A stretch of 39,928 bases of DNA from Caldimonas sp. (lineage in GTDB: Bacteria > Pseudomonadota > Gammaproteobacteria > Burkholderiales > Burkholderiaceae_C): contig JBDTCA010000360.1 in NCBI GenBank assembly GCA_039923815.1, positions 1 to 39,928 of the forward strand, given 5' to 3'. The notes beneath the pieces were generated by a model that was given only the letters and a program-made list of their open reading frames with translations, was not told the origin of the DNA and ran no database searches. This document shows positions 34,645-39,928 of the stretch, piece by piece. The stretch's first letter is position 1; every line of letters starts with the position of its first letter. The position numbers and the translations under genes were made by a program.

Positions 34645-36024
34645 ATGGACCAGCCGCCTTCTCCCCACACGCCCGAGCGACCCGTGGCCCCGCTGCCCCG
34701 ACCGGCCCTGTCCAGCCGCGGTCGCTGGCTGGGCACCGTGCTGGCCGTGCTCGGCCTGGTGGCACTGGCGGCGCTGGCGTGGTGGCTGACGCATCGCGCA
34801 CCCGAATCCGCTGCCGGAGCGCGTGGCGCTGCGGGCAGCGCCTCGGCTGCATCGGGCGCCGGCGGCGCGGGTGCCACCGCCGGTGGCGCCGGTGGCCGCG
34901 GCGGCCGAGGCGGCGCCGGCGCCAGCACGGTCGGCTTCGCGGTCGTGGTGCGGGCCAATCTGCCGGTCGTCCTCGACGCGCTGGGCACGGTGACGCCGGC
35001 CGTCACCGTCACCGTGCGGCCCCAGGTCTCGGGCGTGATCAGGCAAGTGCTGTTCACCGAAGGCCAGCTCGTGACGAAGGGCCAGTTGCTCGCCGTCATC
35101 GACCCGCGGCCGTTCGAGATCGCGCTGCAGCAGGCCGTCGGCGCGCGCCAGCGCGACGAGGCCCAGCTCGAGAACGCCAAGGTGCAGTTGCAGCGCTACC
35201 AGACGCTGCTCGGCCAGGACTCGATCGCGCGCCAGGACGTCGATACGCAGCGGGCCTCGGTCAAGCAGCTCGAGGGCACGATCGTCATCGACCGCTCGAC
35301 CGAGGCCACGGCCCGGCTCAACCTGGGCTACAGCCGCATCGTGGCGCCGGTGGCCGGGCGAGTCGGACTGCGGCCGATCGACAGCGGCAACTACATCGGC
35401 GCCGGCGACTCGTCGGGCGTTGCCGTCATCACGCAGGTGGCGCCGATCGACGTCGAGTTCGCGGTGCCGCAGGACCGCGTGCCGGAGATCCAGGCCAGCG
35501 TCGCCGCCGGCGAGAAGCTGGCGGTGGCGGCCTACGACCGCACCCGGACCACCAAGCTCGACGAGGGCACCTTCTCGACGCTCGACAACCAGATCGACAC
35601 CCAGACGGGCACCGTGAAGGCGAAGGCGCGTTTTGCCAACGCGCGCACGCAGCTGTTCCCGAACCAGTTCGTCAACGTGCGGCTGCTGCTGCGCTCCCTC
35701 GACGGTGCCGTCGTCGTGCCGGTGACGGCGATCCGGGCCGGCGCCGACGGCGACTTCGTCTATGTGCTGAAGGACGACCGCACGGTCAGCGTGAGGCCGG
35801 TCAAGCGCGGCATCTCGACCAACGACGTCGTCGCGATCGACAGTGGCCTGGTGCCGGGTGAGCGCGTCGTCACCGAGGGCGGCGACCGGCTCAAGGAAGG
35901 CGCCCGCGTCCAGCTCGCCAGCGACCGGCCGGCATCGGGTGCAGATTCAGGTGCAGGTGGCCGCCGCGGGGCGTCGGGCGTCGAGGGCGGCGCTTCCGGT
36001 GCACGCCGGCACCGACCGTCTTGA
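34645..36024 (+). CDS. mdtA: RND periplasmic adaptor, MdtA/MuxA family
   Basis: TM anchor, Gly-rich linker, ALGTVTP...[45 protein letters not shown]. Confidence 0.9.
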   Translation: MDQPPSPHTPERPVAPLPRPALSSRGRWLGTVLAVLGLVALAALAWWLTHRAPESAAGARGAAGSASAASGAGGAGATAGGAGGRGGRGGAGASTVGFAVVVRANLPVVLDALGTVTPAVTVTVRPQVSGVIRQVLFTEGQLVTKGQLLAVIDPRPFEIALQQAVGARQRDEAQLENAKVQLQRYQTLLGQDSIARQDVDTQRASVKQLEGTIVIDRSTEATARLNLGYSRIVAPVAGRVGLRPIDSGNYIGAGDSSGVAVITQVAPIDVEFAVPQDRVPEIQASVAAGEKLAVAAYDRTRTTKLDEGTFSTLDNQIDTQTGTVKAKARFANARTQLFPNQFVNVRLLLRSLDGAVVVPVTAIRAGADGDFVYVLKDDRTVSVRPVKRGISTNDVVAIDSGLVPGERVVTEGGDRLKEGARVQLASDRPASGADSGAGGRRGASGVEGGASGARRHRPS

Positions 36025-39000
36025 GCCCATCGCGCCCGTTCATCCTCCGCCCGGTGGCGACCTCGCTGCTGATGGTGGCGATCGTGCTCGCGGGGCTGGT
36101 CGGCTTTCGCATCCTGCCGCTCGCGGCGCTGCCGCAGGTCGACTACCCGACGATCCAGGTGCAGACGCTCTACCCCGGGGCCAGCCCCGAGGTGATGGGC
36201 AACACCGTGACGGCGCCGCTCGAACGCCAGTTCGGGCAGATGGCCGGGCTCGAGCGCATGAGCTCGACGAGCGCCGCCGGCGCCTCGATCATCACCCTGC
36301 AGTTCACGCTCGGCCTGACCCTCGACGTCGCCGAGCAGGAGGTCCAGGCGGCGATCAACGCGGGCTCGTCGCTGCTGCCCGCCGACCTGCCGGCGCCGCC
36401 GGTCTACGCCAAGGTCAACCCGGCCGACGCGCCCGTGCTGACGTTGGCGATCAGCTCCGAGACGATGCCGCTCACCGAGGTGCAGAACCTCGTCAGCACG
36501 CGTCTGGCGCAAAAGATCAGCCAGGTCTCGGGCGTCGGACTGGTCTCGCTCGCCGGCGGCCAGCGGCCGGCCATCCGCATCCAGGCCGACACCCAGGCGC
36601 TGGCCTCGTACGGCATCGGCATCGACACGTTGCGCACGGCCATCGCGGCAGCCAACGCGAACAGCGCCAAGGGCAGCTTCGACGGCCCGAAGCGCAGCTA
36701 CACGATCAACGCCAACGACCAGCTGCTGACCGCGGCCGACTACAAGAGCCTCATCGTCGCCTACCGCAACGAGGCGCCGGTGCGCCTGATCAACGTCGCC
36801 AAGGTGATCGAGAGCGCCGAGAACACGCGGCTCGGCGCCTGGGCCGGCAGCGTCTCGGACGGCATCGTCACGCTCCGGCCGTCGATCATCGTCAACGTCC
36901 AGCGGCAGCCGGGCGCCAACGTGATCGCGACCGTCGACGCCATCAAGAAGCAGCTGCCCGAGCTGCAGGCGTCGCTCCCCGCCAACCTGCGCGTCGAGGT
37001 GCTGGCCGACCGCACGACCGGCATCCGCGCCTCGGTCGAGCATGTCGAGACGGAGCTCGTGCTGGCGGTGGTGATGGTCGTGCTGGTCATCTTCGCCTTC
37101 CTCGGCAGCCTGCGCGCCACCGTGATCGCGAGCATCGCCGTGCCGATCTCGCTCATCGGCACCTGCGGCGCGATGTACCTGCTCGGCTACAGCCTGAACA
37201 ACCTCAGCCTGATGGCGTTGACGATTGCCACCGGCTTCGTCGTCGACGACGCGATCGTGATGATCGAGAACATCTCGCGCTACATCGAGAAAGGCATGAA
37301 GCCGCTCGACGCCGCGCTGCGAGGCGCCGAGGAGATCGGCTTCACGATCATCTCGCTCACCGTGTCGCTGATCGCGGTGCTGATCCCGCTGCTTTTCATG
37401 GGTGACGTCGTCGGCCGCCTGTTCCGCGAGTTCGCGGTCACGCTCGCCATCACGATCCTGATCTCGGCCGTGGTCTCGCTGACGCTGGTACCGATGATGT
37501 CGGCGCGCTGGCTGAAGCCCAGGCTCGAGGGCGACGATCGCAAGCAGCACGGGCTCGGCGGCTGGTTCAAGCAGCGCTTCGACGATGTCGTCGACCGCTA
37601 CGACCGTGGCCTGGTCTGGGTCATCGACCACGAAGGCCTGACGCTGCTCGTCGCCATCGCGACGCTGGCCCTCACGGTCGTGCTCTACCTGTTCATTCCC
37701 AAGGGCCTGTTCCCGACCCAGGACACCGGCCAGCTGCAGGCCCGCGTCGAGGCCGCGCAGGACGTGTCGTACGCGCGCATGGCCGAGCTCCAGCAGGCCG
37801 CGGCGCAGGCCGTGCTTGCCGATCCGGCCGTCGCGAACCTGAGCTCGTTCATCGGCGTCGATGCCGCCAACAACACGATGCTGCACACCGGCCGCATGCT
37901 CATCAATCTGAAGCAGGACCGGCCGGCCCAGCCCGAGCTGATGGACCGCCTGCGCGAGCGCGTGCGCGCGGTGGCCGGCGTCACGCTCTACCTGCAGCCG
38001 ACGCAGGACCTGACCATCGACTCCGAGAGCGGGCCCACCGAGTTCCGCGTCTCCGTCGAAGGCGCCGACACCGCCACCGTGACGCAGTGGGTCGACAAGC
38101 TGGTGACCGAGATGCAGAAGTCGGCGAAGCTGCGCAACGTGACCAGCGACGCCGGCGCCCAGGGCCTGGCCGCCTACATCGACATCGACCGCGACACCGC
38201 CGCGCGCCTTGGCGTCACCGCCAGCGCCATCGACGACGCGCTCTACAGCGCCTTCGGCCAGCGCATCGTCTCGACGATCTTCACCGAGACCAACCAGTAC
38301 CGCGTCATCCTCGAAGCGCAGCCTGGCCTGCTGGGCACGGCCCAGTCGCTCGGCAAGCTCAACCTCCGCACGAGCTCCGGCCAGCCGACGCCGCTCGATG
38401 CCATCGCCAGAATCAGCGAACGGCGGGCGCCGCTGCAGATCACGCACGTCGCGCAGTACCCGGCGTCGACGATCGGCTTCGACCTGAACGGCAATGCCTC
38501 GCTCGGCGCCGGCGTCGACGCTGTTCGCGCCGCCGCGAAGACCATTGCCTTGCCCAAGAGCGTGCAGCTCACCTTCCTCGGCGCCACGGGCGCCTACGAG
38601 AACTCGCTCTCGAACCAGCTCTGGCTCATCCTGGCGGCGGTGGTCTGCGTCTACATCGTGCTCGGCGTGCTCTACGAGAGCTACGTGCACCCGCTGACGA
38701 TCCTTTCCACCTTGCCGTCGGCGGGCGTGGGTGCCCTGCTGGCGCTGCTGATCAGCGGCAACGGCCTCGGGGTGATCGGCATCATCGGCATCATCCTTCT
38801 CATCGGCATCGTCAAGAAGAACGCGATCATGATGATCGACTTCGCGATCGAGGCCGAGCGCGACGAACACAAGAGCGCGCGCGAAGCCATCCACCAGGCC
38901 GCGTTGCTGCGCTTCCGGCCGATCCTGATGACGACGCTGGCGGCGCTCTTTGCCGCCCTGCCGCTGATGCTCGGCTGGGGCGACGGTCACGAATTGCGCC

Positions 39001-39146
39001 GCCCGCTCGGTCTGGCCATCTTCGGCGGCCTCATCGTCAGCCAGCTTCTCACGCTGTTCACGACGCCGGTGATCTACCTCGCGTTCGATCGGCTGGGGCG
39101 CCGGTTCGGGGGTTCGCAAGCCGATTTGGCGGAGCAGGCGGCGTGA
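36021..39146 (+). CDS. mdtB: RND permease, MdtB/MuxB family
   Basis: [66 protein letters not shown] start in a TTGA overlap. Confidence 0.95.
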   Translation: MSPSRPFILRPVATSLLMVAIVLAGLVGFRILPLAALPQVDYPTIQVQTLYPGASPEVMGNTVTAPLERQFGQMAGLERMSSTSAAGASIITLQFTLGLTLDVAEQEVQAAINAGSSLLPADLPAPPVYAKVNPADAPVLTLAISSETMPLTEVQNLVSTRLAQKISQVSGVGLVSLAGGQRPAIRIQADTQALASYGIGIDTLRTAIAAANANSAKGSFDGPKRSYTINANDQLLTAADYKSLIVAYRNEAPVRLINVAKVIESAENTRLGAWAGSVSDGIVTLRPSIIVNVQRQPGANVIATVDAIKKQLPELQASLPANLRVEVLADRTTGIRASVEHVETELVLAVVMVVLVIFAFLGSLRATVIASIAVPISLIGTCGAMYLLGYSLNNLSLMALTIATGFVVDDAIVMIENISRYIEKGMKPLDAALRGAEEIGFTIISLTVSLIAVLIPLLFMGDVVGRLFREFAVTLAITILISAVVSLTLVPMMSARWLKPRLEGDDRKQHGLGGWFKQRFDDVVDRYDRGLVWVIDHEGLTLLVAIATLALTVVLYLFIPKGLFPTQDTGQLQARVEAAQDVSYARMAELQQAAAQAVLADPAVANLSSFIGVDAANNTMLHTGRMLINLKQDRPAQPELMDRLRERVRAVAGVTLYLQPTQDLTIDSESGPTEFRVSVEGADTATVTQWVDKLVTEMQKSAKLRNVTSDAGAQGLAAYIDIDRDTAARLGVTASAIDDALYSAFGQRIVSTIFTETNQYRVILEAQPGLLGTAQSLGKLNLRTSSGQPTPLDAIARISERRAPLQITHVAQYPASTIGFDLNGNASLGAGVDAVRAAAKTIALPKSVQLTFLGATGAYENSLSNQLWLILAAVVCVYIVLGVLYESYVHPLTILSTLPSAGVGALLALLISGNGLGVIGIIGIILLIGIVKKNAIMMIDFAIEAERDEHKSAREAIHQAALLRFRPILMTTLAALFAALPLMLGWGDGHELRRPLGLAIFGGLIVSQLLTLFTTPVIYLAFDRLGRRFGGSQADLAEQAA

Positions 39147-39184
39147 AGGCGCGTTTCGGTCACGGCTTGGCGGGATCGGGACGA

Positions 39185-39270
39185 CGGGGCGCTCTCTTGC
39201 GCTCATGTCCCCCGGCGAGGACCGGGACGGCCCTCGCCTCCTCCTTGACTTCGCTCCAGAGAACGCCCCG
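39185..39270. repeat. Structured palindromic (REP/MITE-like) element in the mdtB-mdtC spacer
   Basis: Outer arms CGGGGCGCTCTCT (39185-39197) and AGAGAACGCCCCG (39258-39270) pair at 12/13. Inner hairpin GGCGAGGACCG-GGA-CGGCCCTCGCC (39214-39238) pairs at 10/11. Confidence 0.6.
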
Positions 39271-39336
39271 CCGGCCCGCTCCTGCACGGCGCCCGATGGC
39301 CTTGGCCGTCCGAAAGCCGCGTAGCCAGGCGAGGAC

Positions 39337-39928
39337 ATGAACCTCTCCGCCCCCTTCGTCCGCCGCCCCATCGGCACCGTCCTCCTGACCGCGGGCATTG
39401 CGCTCGCCGGCATCGGTGCCTTCTTCGCCCTGCCGGTGTCGCCGCTGCCGCAGGTCGACTACCCCTCGATCTCGGTGAGCGCGAGCCTGCCCGGCGCCAG
39501 CCCGGACACCATGGCGACGAGCGTGGCGACGCCGCTCGAGCGTCGGCTCGGCTCGATCGCCGGCGTCAACGAGATCACGTCCAACAGCGGCAGCGGCTCC
39601 ACGCGCATCAGCATGCAGTTCGACCTGAACCGCGACATCGACGGCGCCGCCCGCGAGGTGCAGGCCGCGATCAACGCGTCGCGCGTCGACCTGCCCGCCA
39701 CGCTCAAGAGCAACCCGACCTACCGCAAGGCCAACCCGTCGGACGCGCCCTGCATCATCCTGGCGCTGACGTCGAAGACGCGCACGCCGCAGCAGATCTA
39801 CGACGCGGTGTCCAACATCGTGCAGCAGAAGGTCGCGCAGGTCGCGGGCGTCGGCGACGTCGAGATCGGCGGCGGTTCGCTGCCGGCCGTGCGCATCGAC
39901 CTGAACACGCTGGCGCTGAACAATCTCG
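39337..39928 (+). CDS. mdtC: RND permease, MdtC/MuxC family, partial
   Basis: Not in the ORF track. ATG at 39337 gives [25 protein letters not shown]...[36 protein letters not shown], open to the window end. Confidence 0.92.
   Translation, partial: MNLSAPFVRRPIGTVLLTAGIALAGIGAFFALPVSPLPQVDYPSISVSASLPGASPDTMATSVATPLERRLGSIAGVNEITSNSGSGSTRISMQFDLNRDIDGAAREVQAAINASRVDLPATLKSNPTYRKANPSDAPCIILALTSKTRTPQQIYDAVSNIVQQKVAQVAGVGDVEIGGGSLPAVRIDLNTLALNNL

Noticed and set aside
34800-34925. GGCGCC-rich repeats in mdtA, and GGC/GGT runs near 14197-14220
   Set aside because: They encode Gly/Ala linkers typical of these protein families and are not DNA-level repeats
35760-39413. Very long antisense and alternate-frame ORFs (for example 35760..39413, 18929..21439, 19015..21690, 14316..16712, 3563..5380)
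   Set aside because: These are shadows of real genes in high-GC DNA with strong GC3 bias. The translations are Arg/Ala/Gly-rich and carry no motifs.

Overview
GC-rich chromosomal window, most likely from a Burkholderiales (Betaproteobacteria) genome judging by gene content and style; this is an inference. It holds about 35 genes. In order: a partial secreted protein, mnmA, an envelope/lipid A modification cluster (GtrA, YdjC/ChbG deacetylase, GT2, ArnT-like GT39, two PAP2 proteins) under a ColRS-like two-component system, pntAA-pntAB-pntB, a two-lipoprotein operon with a HEXXH metallopeptidase, an AmpG-like MFS, a dienelactone hydrolase gene broken by an in-frame TAG, a CheB-CheR-PAS-kinase with a receiver and stress-type genes (MFS, DUF72, YihY, xth, DUF3072), a sugar-acid catabolic set (UxaA-family dehydratase, FUSC, FAH, SDR) split by an opposite-strand GT87-COG4705 cassette, and mdtA-mdtB-mdtC (mdtC partial). 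I saw no rRNA, tRNA, CRISPR array or transposase. The best signals are non-coding. (1) Two promoters about 24.5 kb apart share one architecture (YSAC half-sites at an exact 11-bp period, 10 bp, -10 hexamer, 6-7 bp, ATG), which suggests that the GT87-COG4705 cassette belongs to the ColR-like regulon. (2) A structured palindromic insert between mdtB and mdtC is spanned by a 65-codon ORF that overlaps both neighbours by 4 nt. (3) Several genes look leaderless, including a 5-codon uORF coupled to the regulator. All functional calls come from motif recognition by eye; no searches were run.
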